IMG/VR virus record: IMGVR_UViG_3300017917_003066
Reading direction: 5' to 3' (one strand)
Source: an uncultured virus (IMG/VR IMGVR_UViG_3300017917_003066)
Lineage: Duplodnaviria > Heunggongvirae > Uroviricota > Caudoviricetes
DNA: 40,686 nucleotides
Shown here: positions 7,902 to 16,254 of the stretch, in pieces
How the letters are laid out: every line of letters begins with the position of its first letter
How positions within the stretch are numbered: position 1 is the stretch's first letter
The notes under the pieces: model-generated
Database searches by the model: none
Told to the model about the DNA's origin: nothing
What the model saw: the letters and a program-made list of their open reading frames with translations, nothing else
Translations under genes and position numbers: made by a program

Positions 7902-9035
7902 ATGATAAAAGGTTATAATGGTTTCTTATTACATCAATTAAAAGCTGAGTTATTTTCTTTATGTGAAGATAGTCTTTATGCATCAAGTGAACTTTTAGTA
8001 AAGTTAAAAAAGATGTCTAGTATGGAAGGCAAAGTAGGTGAGATTGCTACTGCAATTGTTGACACTATTGAAGATGAAAGTTGGTTGGATGATAAAGATA
8101 CTAAGCAAAACTTTTTTGATGTTACTGACAAAGAAGATACTATTTCTTTTTTACCATCAAACAAACTTCCAAAAGATTGGGATGAAGATGATGATCCATC
8201 GTTACCATATTCTACAGTTGGTAGAAGTGAAATAAAAATTGGAAGAATGGTAAGAGCTTTATTAAAAATTGCTGAAATATCTGATAAAGTGGACTCTTCT
8301 ATAAAAGATAAAGATTATGAAGAATTTGTAAATGTTTTCAAGTCACTTAAAATTGATACATCTAGAGAGTTTAAATTAGTTAATGGTGATGATATTCACA
8401 AATATTATCAAATGAAAAACTACTACTCATCACATGGTGCTTTAGGTGGATCTTGTATGGCGGATGAAGGAAAAGGAACATTTAAAGTTTATAGTGAAAA
8501 TCCAAAAAAAGTACAATTACTTGTTTTAATGGATGGTAATGGTAAGATTCATGGACGTGCCCTTGTTTGGAAATTAAAAGAATCTCCTTGTGAGTCTAAA
8601 TATTTTATGGATAGAGTTTATACAAACGCGGATTCTGATGTTATTAAGTTTAAAGCATTTGCTGAAGAAAAGGGATTTCTTTATAAACAAAAAAATAACA
8701 GTTATATTGAAGATAATGTTAAGTTCATGTATAAAGGTAAACCATTATTAGGAGAGGTTAAAGTAAAACTGGATGGTGATTTCAAAGAATATCCATTCAT
8801 CGATACTATGTGCTTCTTGAGTAAGAAACTTGGTGACCTATCAAATATACCTTCTAAAGATTGTTACTTTTTACATTCAGTTTCAGGTGATTGTGAAGTT
8901 TGTAACGACTGTGATGGTGAAATACTTGTTTATGATGATACGGAACTTTGTAATAGTTGTGGTTTAGGTATTGACGAATTAGAAAAGGCCGGTATCAAAA
9001 CTAAAATTGGTAAGAAAATAAAGGAAGATAATTGA
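7902..9035 (+). CDS. Conserved phage protein with SCM...GRALVW...FMDRVY motifs and a C-terminal CxxC-x12-CxxC zinc site
   Basis: Motifs visible in the translation (LGGSCM, IHGRALVWKL, YFMDRVYT, YPFIDTM, CNDC...CNSC); TATATA 5 nt upstream. Confidence 0.6.
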   Translation: MIKGYNGFLLHQLKAELFSLCEDSLYASSELLVKLKKMSSMEGKVGEIATAIVDTIEDESWLDDKDTKQNFFDVTDKEDTISFLPSNKLPKDWDEDDDPSLPYSTVGRSEIKIGRMVRALLKIAEISDKVDSSIKDKDYEEFVNVFKSLKIDTSREFKLVNGDDIHKYYQMKNYYSSHGALGGSCMADEGKGTFKVYSENPKKVQLLVLMDGNGKIHGRALVWKLKESPCESKYFMDRVYTNADSDVIKFKAFAEEKGFLYKQKNNSYIEDNVKFMYKGKPLLGEVKVKLDGDFKEYPFIDTMCFLSKKLGDLSNIPSKDCYFLHSVSGDCEVCNDCDGEILVYDDTELCNSCGLGIDELEKAGIKTKIGKKIKEDN

Positions 9036-9530
9036 TTATCTTCCCAAATAATTCATCAACTCAATCATATTCTTAATAGAGAATCCAAATGATTCTAAGT
9101 TTCTAACAGTTTCTCTTAAAAATTCTATATAAGATTCTATTAACTCAATACTTCTGTCATTTTCAGCGATATGACCATCTATAAGAATACCTTTTTCACC
9201 TAAGTTTGTTTTAATACCAAATCCGGTTGCATAAAATACAAACTTTTCTTGTCTAAGTTTTTTAATCTTAGTTGTTTCTTTACTTCTTTTGTTTAAGAAA
9301 AAGTTAATCTGCTCATTTATTTGTTGTCTAAATGTAAGAGCAACAGATTGAGCGTCTAATAAACTTCTTGAATTTGATGGATTACTTAAATCAACTGATA
9401 AAACTTTGAATAAAGGTTCAACATTTTTATTCCACTCGGCTCTTTTATCGTTAAAGAACTCTTCCATTTTATCGTTAGTTTCTTTAGCTTTTGTTATTCT
9501 GTCTATTTCTTCTTGATTATAAAGATTCAT
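9036..9530 (-). CDS. UvsY-like recombination mediator
   Basis: All-helical 164 aa; KKLRQEKFVFYATG...EKGILIDG...IEFLRETVRNLESFGFSIKNMIELMNYLG resembles the T4 UvsY C-terminus. Confidence 0.65.
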   Translation of the reverse strand: MNLYNQEEIDRITKAKETNDKMEEFFNDKRAEWNKNVEPLFKVLSVDLSNPSNSRSLLDAQSVALTFRQQINEQINFFLNKRSKETTKIKKLRQEKFVFYATGFGIKTNLGEKGILIDGHIAENDRSIELIESYIEFLRETVRNLESFGFSIKNMIELMNYLGR

Positions 9531-9957
9531 TGTCTGGTAATATTTTTTTCATTTGATATGTTCTATATAAATTTTTATTATAACAAGAACTTAAAGATTT
9601 TTCTATAATATTTGTTGTTTTTTCTGAAATATTTCTATTTATATATTCTTCTAAAATAGAACTCCATTTTTCTACCAAAGTTTTATCTTCATAAATTATA
9701 TTTTCAGATCCATGCTCATATGTAATTTCTATACAGCTGTTTCTATTATCAATTACTATGTCAATAGATTCTGACATTCTGAATGATCTTAATCGACCAT
9801 AAGACTGATTATTGTTATCTTCTTCTTCTGGCTTTTCATCAATACTGAAAGAAACATAATAATATCTATACCCATATTTCATTTTTTTATATATGTCAAT
9901 TCTTTCATCAGATTCATTCTCTAATAAGAATTGTAAAAATTCATCAATTTCTTTCAT
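9517..9957 (-). CDS. Hypothetical protein
   Basis: 146 aa ORF overlapping the uvsY-like start. Confidence 0.6.
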   Translation of the reverse strand: MKEIDEFLQFLLENESDERIDIYKKMKYGYRYYYVSFSIDEKPEEEDNNNQSYGRLRSFRMSESIDIVIDNRNSCIEITYEHGSENIIYEDKTLVEKWSSILEEYINRNISEKTTNIIEKSLSSCYNKNLYRTYQMKKILPDNESL

Positions 9958-10052
9958 CTTCGATTATTCTTTTTATTTTAAAGTATCTAATATTACTTTA
10001 AGTTCGTTCATATTACTTTTATAAAAAAAGATATTATTTGTTTTTATTGCAT

Positions 10053-10080
10053 AAAAAAACCTCCCTATTTGGGAGGTTTT
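10053..10080 (-). terminator. Rho-independent terminator
   Basis: Minus strand AAAACCTCCC-AAATA-GGGAGGTTTTTTT just after the 10097 stop. Confidence 0.85.
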
Positions 10081-10096
10081 ATATTTTTATTATCTT

Positions 10097-10723
10097 TTAT
10101 TGAAAATCTTCAAAACCTTTTATTTTTGATGGCATTTCATCCTCAATTTCATTTGGTTCTTCAGAAGTATATTCCTCTTCTGATTCTTCATTTCCAACTT
10201 CTTCAACTTCTTCATCGTTAAAATCTTCTTCATCTTCTGAGTAAAATTCTTCACCTTCGGGTGAATTATGACCTGCTAAAAAGTCAAACACTTGCTCTAA
10301 ATTTTCAGTAGCAACTGAAATATGATCAGAAGCCCAATCATGTTCGGTTAAAATCGAATCTATTTTACTATGATCCATATTCATTAATTCATCGATTAAT
10401 CTTTTCATAGTTTCTAAGTTACCAAAAAACATATAGTTAGAATGTTCTTTGTGTTCTTTTAATGAACCTAAAGTTTTAGCTAGGTTAAGTCGTCTGAATT
10501 TAGTTAAGTCTTTTTTAGAAAGACCTTGAACTCCTTTTTTACTAGAGTCTTTATCTTTACCTTTTAATTTAGATAATTCAGCATTAATCTCTGATTTAGA
10601 GATTTTATCACCTTCTTCTTTGCCCATAGATTTCTTCAAAGCACCTGGGTTTTTTATAGCATCTTGAATCCATTTGTCTCCTTTTGCTTCTTCGTTAAAT
10701 GAACTAAATGATTTAATACTCAT
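10097..10723 (-). CDS. Putative head-internal multi-module protein
   Basis: Leader MSIKSFSSFNEE; basic module KWIQDAIKNPGALKKSMG...RLNLAKTL; helical module NYMFFGNLE...HDWASDHIS...QVFDFL; acidic tail. Confidence 0.6.
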   Translation of the reverse strand: MSIKSFSSFNEEAKGDKWIQDAIKNPGALKKSMGKEEGDKISKSEINAELSKLKGKDKDSSKKGVQGLSKKDLTKFRRLNLAKTLGSLKEHKEHSNYMFFGNLETMKRLIDELMNMDHSKIDSILTEHDWASDHISVATENLEQVFDFLAGHNSPEGEEFYSEDEEDFNDEEVEEVGNEESEEEYTSEEPNEIEDEMPSKIKGFEDFQ

Positions 10724-10783
10724 AATCAGTTTTTAATTTTTTAATTTTTATGTTAATTATATATTAAATTATAATATCGTTTT

Positions 10784-11938
10784 TTATTTTAACACGGTGA
10801 CTACCTCTGGATAGTATTTTCCAATCTCTGGATTTTTGTCATCATAGTCTATTGCGTTGATAACATATCTCATAGCGTTTAGTCTTCCTATCTTTTTATC
10901 ATTTGAGTTTATTATAACCCAAGGTGACATCCTACTGGAAGTTTTTGAGAACATTTGATTTTTGAAATTACCTATAATTTCCCATTTGTCTAAAACTTTA
11001 GCATCATTTGGTGAAAATTTCCAATATTTAAGAGGACTTTTTTGTCTAAGTTCAAATCTTTTGATTTGTTTTTCTTGTGTTATTGAGAACCAAAATTTAA
11101 TTAAGATTAGACCATTTGATATTAGACTTTCTTCCCAATCTATTACTTTATTCATGAAATCATTATATTGTTCTTCTGTGCAATAACCCATAGCAGGTTC
11201 TACAACAGCTCTATTATACCAACTTCTATCAAAGAAAACTATTTCTCCTGGTTTTGGTAGATGTTTCTCATATCTTTGAAACCAGTTTTTCTTTTCTTCT
11301 TCTGTTGGTAAACCAAGTGCTACAACTTTGAAGCCTTTAGGATTTAAGTATTCTGTAAATCTTTTAATAGTTGAACCTTTTCCAGCGGCATCTCTACCCT
11401 CAAATACTATAGCTACTCTTTTGCCATTTTTAGCGGCCCATTCTTGTAGTTTAAGTAGCTCTATTTGAATTTGATATTTTTCAGATTCATATTGTTTTCT
11501 AGGTAATATAGATCCTTCACCACCTGGTATCTCAAATTGTTCAGAATTTCCACTTCCAGATACTTTTATATTGGATACTCTATCATCTATCGATCTATAA
11601 TATTCATCAAAAGATTCTCTTACTTTTCTTTTTGTATTTCTTTTTCTTAAATCTAATATTTGATTTAATTTTCTTAAAAATGTTTCAACATTCAACTCTT
11701 TAACAAAGTCTTCTGTGTACTCATTTATTAATTCTCTCATTATAACTTTTATGTCAACTCTATCAAAGTTTTTATATTCTACTTTATTAGTTTTTAAGTT
11801 ATATTCAATATTAGCTAATATATAAGTTCTATATTCGCTTAATCTAAATTTGAAATTATCAACTGTTGCTTTTAGAGTTTTTTCATCTAAGTCAGATATA
11901 CTAACTTCTTCATTAAATTTGTTAAAATTAAGAATCAT
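10784..11938 (-). CDS. ppk2: Polyphosphate kinase 2 (class I-like) with ~135 aa N-terminal extension
   Basis: Walker A IVFEGRDAAGKGSTIKR, WFQRYEKHLP..GEIVFFDRSWYNRAVVE, LKYWKFSPND, PWVIINSNDKK..RLN. Confidence 0.95.
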   Translation of the reverse strand: MILNFNKFNEEVSISDLDEKTLKATVDNFKFRLSEYRTYILANIEYNLKTNKVEYKNFDRVDIKVIMRELINEYTEDFVKELNVETFLRKLNQILDLRKRNTKRKVRESFDEYYRSIDDRVSNIKVSGSGNSEQFEIPGGEGSILPRKQYESEKYQIQIELLKLQEWAAKNGKRVAIVFEGRDAAGKGSTIKRFTEYLNPKGFKVVALGLPTEEEKKNWFQRYEKHLPKPGEIVFFDRSWYNRAVVEPAMGYCTEEQYNDFMNKVIDWEESLISNGLILIKFWFSITQEKQIKRFELRQKSPLKYWKFSPNDAKVLDKWEIIGNFKNQMFSKTSSRMSPWVIINSNDKKIGRLNAMRYVINAIDYDDKNPEIGKYYPEVVTVLK

Positions 11939-11980
11939 AAAATGTTCTATTTTTATGTATATATAAAATATCTAAAAACA

Positions 11981-12004
11981 AAAAACCCACTTAAAAGTGG
12001 GTTT
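11981..12004 (-). terminator. Rho-independent terminator
   Basis: AAACCCACT-TAAA-AGTGGGTTT hairpin with a minus-strand T tract after the WYL gene. Confidence 0.8.
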
Positions 12005-12023
12005 AATATTAATTTTCTATTAA

Positions 12024-12926
12024 TTAGACTTTCTTATCAAAAAGATAAAGATCGTATATAGCATTTCCTTTTACTTTCTTAATATTCTTTAAAACTTGAC
12101 CGGTAGTTGAGTCTAATACTTTATAAACTCCAATATTTATACCTTTATCATCTAAAACTTTAACTGTGTTGCCTGGTTGTCCTAACGCGCCTAAAACAGC
12201 AATATATTTGTTTCCATAGATACTTTTTAAGAACGAAACTTTAGCTGTTGCTATGTCTTTAATATTATTAACATAAGCATTATCTAAAGGATTATTTAAA
12301 TCTAGAACAGTTCCAGTATTTTTTGTTCTTATAGTAACTGACTTTCTTTCTTCATCACCTAAAGTAACTTCTTCTCTATTTTGTATTTTATTCTGACTAA
12401 CTAATGCTTGTTGATTTCTTCTAATTTCATTAAAATCAGCACGAGCTATATAACCACCTCTCATACCTTTATCGTTCATATTATAACCAACTGGCGCTAG
12501 TCTATAAAATGAACCTGTGAAAGTCATTGATAGTATTCTATCTGTTCTGAATAATCTCCATATTTTTTCAGTGTGTCTTTTTTGAGAAACAGACCAACCA
12601 TTTAAGTGCCAAGCTCTTAAAAGAACCTTTCCTTTTGAAGACCTTCCCAGAACCATTGGATATACTGCTCTTTCATGACCAGCAAAGTGATTGTCTTCTT
12701 CACCTTTATAGTTAATAAGAAATATCATACCATACTTAATAGCTTTAATCATTGTCTGATCCGAGTATTTAATAGGTTCGTTTATTGGAATATTAGCAAT
12801 ATCTTTTACATTTTTTAATGTAAATTTAGAAACATACTCTTTGTCCTCTACTAATTCGTAGTTCTCACGAATAACAAACTCAACGGGTTTCTTATTATAG
12901 TAATCTTTTAATTGAGACAAATTCAT
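12024..12926 (-). CDS. WYL-domain protein without HTH
   Basis: AIKYGMIFLINY...ERAVYPMVLG...LLRAWHL...WRLFRTDRILSM matches the WYL pattern. Confidence 0.75.
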   Translation of the reverse strand: MNLSQLKDYYNKKPVEFVIRENYELVEDKEYVSKFTLKNVKDIANIPINEPIKYSDQTMIKAIKYGMIFLINYKGEEDNHFAGHERAVYPMVLGRSSKGKVLLRAWHLNGWSVSQKRHTEKIWRLFRTDRILSMTFTGSFYRLAPVGYNMNDKGMRGGYIARADFNEIRRNQQALVSQNKIQNREEVTLGDEERKSVTIRTKNTGTVLDLNNPLDNAYVNNIKDIATAKVSFLKSIYGNKYIAVLGALGQPGNTVKVLDDKGINIGVYKVLDSTTGQVLKNIKKVKGNAIYDLYLFDKKV

Positions 12927-12951
12927 AAGGTATATATTAAATTGTACCCAC

Positions 12952-13674
12952 CTATTTTAATCTTTCTATCGTTAAGTCTATTGCTCTTTGATTTATGTCA
13001 CAACCTATAAATCTTCTATTTAAGTTTCTACAAGAAACGGCAGTTGTTCCACTTCCTAAATAAAAATCACCAACTAAGTCATTTTCATCTGATGAGGATT
13101 TAATAATTCTTTCAACAAGTGAAAGAGGCTTTTGAGTATCATATCCTACTCTTTCTTTTTTATCATTTTGTCCAAGTATATTTATTTGCCAAACATCACC
13201 AATTACTTTTCCTTCTGGATGATAATATTTTTCTTTTTCATATCCTCTAGGTGCTGTTTCTGAGTAGGGTTCTCTTGGTGGATTGAATTTATAATTATCT
13301 GTTTTAGTATATCTTAAAATAACATCATGTCTTTTACCAAAATCCAATTTTTTTCTTGGAGCGGTGTTATAATACCATATAATTTCATTTCTCATTTTAT
13401 CATATCCAAAAATATCATCCATTATACATCTAATCCAATGATTAATCTTAGTATCCATTTGAAGATAAATAGTTCCTGTGTCTTTAAGAATACGATGCAT
13501 TTCTTTTATTCTTGGAATATAATGTTGTTCGATATCTGACTTAATAGGTTTTAAGTCTTGATAATCAGAAAATTTACGACCAGTTCCGTATAATATATCA
13601 GAATAGATAAGATCAATTGATTTATCTTCAATTGATTTCATGAAATCTAAATTATCTTGACATTCTATTCTCAT
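12952..13674 (-). CDS. N6-adenine/N4-cytosine DNA methyltransferase (beta order) with atypical DILY motif IV
   Basis: IDLIYSDILYGTG, RILKDTGTIY, NEIIWYY, DVWQI, YDTQKPLSLVERII, DFYLGSGTT, RRFIGCDIN. Confidence 0.88.
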   Translation of the reverse strand: MRIECQDNLDFMKSIEDKSIDLIYSDILYGTGRKFSDYQDLKPIKSDIEQHYIPRIKEMHRILKDTGTIYLQMDTKINHWIRCIMDDIFGYDKMRNEIIWYYNTAPRKKLDFGKRHDVILRYTKTDNYKFNPPREPYSETAPRGYEKEKYYHPEGKVIGDVWQINILGQNDKKERVGYDTQKPLSLVERIIKSSSDENDLVGDFYLGSGTTAVSCRNLNRRFIGCDINQRAIDLTIERLK

Positions 13675-13710
13675 ATAAATTTTATTATTAATTATGAATT
13701 TGTTTAAAAC

Positions 13711-13738
13711 AAAAAGAGAGACTGAAAAGTCTCTCTTT
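13711..13738 (-). terminator. Rho-independent terminator
   Basis: AAAGAGAGACT-GAAA-AGTCTCTCTTT just after the lipoprotein stop. Confidence 0.88.
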
Positions 13739-13756
13739 AATCTAACTATTTTTTAC

Positions 13757-13936
13757 TTACTTAACAACAGTAGCAGTGTCAACTGCTGAACCACAAGAAT
13801 CACAAGTGGTAGTTGTTGAGTCAACAGCAGTTGCTGTTGAATCTGTAGTAGATGTTTCTGTTTTTTCTGCTCCGCTGTTACAAGAAGCTAAGAAAATTGT
13901 TGCCGATGCTAAAAGCACAAAAGCGATTTTTTTCAT
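13757..13936 (-). CDS. Small lipoprotein (59 aa, SPII signal)
   Basis: From ATG 13936: MKKIAFVLLASATIFLAS-C lipobox, then a Thr/Ser/Asp-rich mature part. Confidence 0.85.
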   Translation of the reverse strand: MKKIAFVLLASATIFLASCNSGAEKTETSTTDSTATAVDSTTTTCDSCGSAVDTATVVK

Positions 13937-14056
13937 AATTGTTTGTTTTTTTGTTTTTTTGATTTTGTATCGAATATTATATATCAAAATTAAATTATGT
14001 TGTTTTGAAAATTAGAAAAAAAAATTTAATATATAAATAAACATTAAAAACAATAT

Positions 14057-14371
14057 ATGAAGCATATTAAAAAGTTTGAAGGCTTTGATTTTGGTCAGAC
14101 ATTACCTGTTACAACTCAAAATGTTTTAACAAATTTTTATAGTTGTGATGACTGTGATGCTTTATGGAGAGAATTTAATGAGACATCTAAAACTTGTAAA
14201 TACTGTGGTTCTGATGAAGTTGAAGACCTTGGTGAGGATGAATGGTATGAAATAGTTAAAACTAGACTTGAAGAAGATGAAATTGAGGATTTAGAATCTG
14301 AGAGAAAAAAACAAAGTGAAACTTTTATAGATATTCTTTCACTAAAAAATAAAAATAACTATGGCAATTAA
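14057..14371 (+). CDS. Zinc-ribbon protein with MKHIKKFE leader
   Basis: YSCDDCD...TCKYCGS; upstream TATATA. Confidence 0.7.
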   Translation: MKHIKKFEGFDFGQTLPVTTQNVLTNFYSCDDCDALWREFNETSKTCKYCGSDEVEDLGEDEWYEIVKTRLEEDEIEDLESERKKQSETFIDILSLKNKNNYGN

Positions 14372-15071
14372 TAATAGAGAAGACGCTAATAGATACTACC
14401 AAATTGTTAATGAATTAGTTGATGATTATTTAGATAAGTGGAAAATTAGACCTTCTAATCTTAAAAGATATTTACAACCAGGCTCTGAAAGATTTAATAA
14501 GTTTCTAGAAAGAAATAAACTAAAAGATATTAAAGGCGCTGAAAGAATACTTCAAGATGTCATAGAAGATAGATATCACATGGAGAAAGATGGTGTTATT
14601 ACATTTGAGTCATTTAAAATGTTTGAATCTGAAGAATTCAAAATTCACTCTATGAAACAATGTTTATACAAAGGAATTGAAAAGGCTAATCAAAAAATGG
14701 AAAAAATTCTAGCTGACCATTTTGATACTAATTTAGGTGATATTGATATAGTTGATTCTGACAAACACATATTTAAAATAAATGATTGGAATAATCAAGA
14801 CGTTGAAGTTGTTATTTACTCAAAAGAAGAAATGGATATTATTTTAACTAATGTTGTTGATCATTTATATGAAGAACTTTCTAAAAAGAAAATTGAACTA
14901 ACTCAACATATATCAATTGAGTTAACAGATTTAATTAAAAAAGAAGCATTCACTGATAGATTTGAATATATTTTAACAGATGATATGGCTAAAAAGCTAA
15001 TTAGTGATTGTTTAGATGACAACTTTAAATTCAAAGATGAGTTTAATGGTTATTTTATTTGGATTTCTTAA
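14361..15071 (+). CDS. Hypothetical protein (internal VITFESFKMFES leader-like motif)
   Basis: 236 aa ORF overlapping the upstream gene. Confidence 0.6.
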   Translation: MAINNREDANRYYQIVNELVDDYLDKWKIRPSNLKRYLQPGSERFNKFLERNKLKDIKGAERILQDVIEDRYHMEKDGVITFESFKMFESEEFKIHSMKQCLYKGIEKANQKMEKILADHFDTNLGDIDIVDSDKHIFKINDWNNQDVEVVIYSKEEMDIILTNVVDHLYEELSKKKIELTQHISIELTDLIKKEAFTDRFEYILTDDMAKKLISDCLDDNFKFKDEFNGYFIWIS

Positions 15072-15178
15072 ATCATGTAACATCATGATAAACTCTTAAC
15101 ACTAACTAATATAATCTTATAATATTGGATTTTTTTTAAATCTCTATTTAGATATATACTAAAAAAATAGTAAAGATT

Positions 15179-16012
15179 ATGTTATTAAAAGTTGGTTCAA
15201 AAGGAGAAGATGTTAAAAAGCTTCAAGAAAAATTAGGTCTATCATCAGATGGTAGTTTTGGTCCTGGTACTGAAAAAGCTGTTAAAAATTGGCAGTCAGC
15301 TAATGGTTTAACTGCTGATGGTATTGTTGGTCCTGGTACGTGGAGTAAAATGTTTGATGGTAGTTCTGCACCGTCACCTGCACCTGTATCTAATGTTGTT
15401 ATTCCACCTAGTGAATTTAAATTAGAAAAATTAAAAGGTCATATACCAGATTCTGTTATAGCTCAAATCCCTGAGACTGCTGCTAAATTTAATATAACTA
15501 ATGTTTTAAGACTTGCTCACTTTTTAGCTCAATGTGGTCACGAATCAGGTGGATTTAAAGCAGTTTCCGAAAACTTAAATTATTCAGCAAAAGGATTATT
15601 AGGAATTTTCCCTAAGTATTTCAATGCTACAACAGCGGCTCAATATGAAAGAAAACCAGAAATGATTGCTTCTAGAGTTTACGGAAGTAGAATGGGTAAT
15701 GGTGATGAATCTACAAAAGAAGGTTTTAAATTTAGAGGTAGAGGTTATATTCAATTGACCGGAAAATCAAACTATGCTGGTTTTGCTAAATTTATTGGAG
15801 AAGATACAGTTGCTAATCCTGATTTAGTTGCATCTAAATATCCATTAGCTTCAGCTGCTTTTTTCTTTAATAATAATAAACTATGGTCAATTTGTGATAG
15901 AGGTGCGGATGATGCTACAGTAACTGCTGTGACTAAAAGAGTTAATGGTGGTACTATAGGTCTGTCTGATCGTATCAAACACTTTAGAGAGTACTATGAA
16001 TTATTAAAATAA
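15179..16012 (+). CDS. Modular endolysin: PG_binding_1 domain plus GH19 muramidase
   Basis: LKVGSKGEDVKKLQ..LG...DGSFGPGTEKAV..WQ..NGLTADGIVGPGTW; AHFLAQCGHESGGF..ENLNYS, FRGRGYIQLTGK, TKRVNGG. Confidence 0.93.
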   Translation: MLLKVGSKGEDVKKLQEKLGLSSDGSFGPGTEKAVKNWQSANGLTADGIVGPGTWSKMFDGSSAPSPAPVSNVVIPPSEFKLEKLKGHIPDSVIAQIPETAAKFNITNVLRLAHFLAQCGHESGGFKAVSENLNYSAKGLLGIFPKYFNATTAAQYERKPEMIASRVYGSRMGNGDESTKEGFKFRGRGYIQLTGKSNYAGFAKFIGEDTVANPDLVASKYPLASAAFFFNNNKLWSICDRGADDATVTAVTKRVNGGTIGLSDRIKHFREYYELLK

Positions 16013-16026
16013 TAAAATTAAAATAT

Positions 16027-16059
16027 AAAAAAAGGGAAGTCAAAAACTTCCCTTTTTTT
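16027..16059. terminator. Bidirectional rho-independent terminator
   Basis: AAAAAAAGGGAAGT-CAAAA-ACTTCCCTTTTTTT between convergent genes. Confidence 0.9.
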
Positions 16060-16252
16060 ATTTAAATCTTTTTTTAATAAAATCGTGTATAACTTTACAC
16101 TTTTCATAATCTTCTTTACCTTCAAAAAAATCTAAAGTCATTTTTAATTTTTCCTTAGAATAAGGCTTTAATTTTTTATCAAAAGGTTTATTTAAATTAA
16201 TTCTATTATAGACTTCAATCATAACAGAGTCTAAAGTTTTAAGTCTAATCAT
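16058..16252 (-). CDS. Small protein with UVR (UvrB/C)-like motif
   Basis: LDFFEGKEDYEKCKVIHD resembles the E-x-Y-E-x-A-A-x-I-R-D pattern. Confidence 0.5.
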   Translation of the reverse strand: MIRLKTLDSVMIEVYNRINLNKPFDKKLKPYSKEKLKMTLDFFEGKEDYEKCKVIHDFIKKRFK

Positions 16253-16254
16253 GA

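Noticed and set aside
9973..10011. 12-codon ORF MNELKVILDTLK in frame upstream of 9957, right after a candidate promoter
   Set aside because: Too short to support. Two in-frame TAA stops separate it from the gene. It could be a uORF or relic but there is no further evidence.
15072..15178. tRNA or ncRNA in the larger intergenic gaps
   Set aside because: A/T-rich sequence with no cloverleaf or stable stem; explained by promoter elements.
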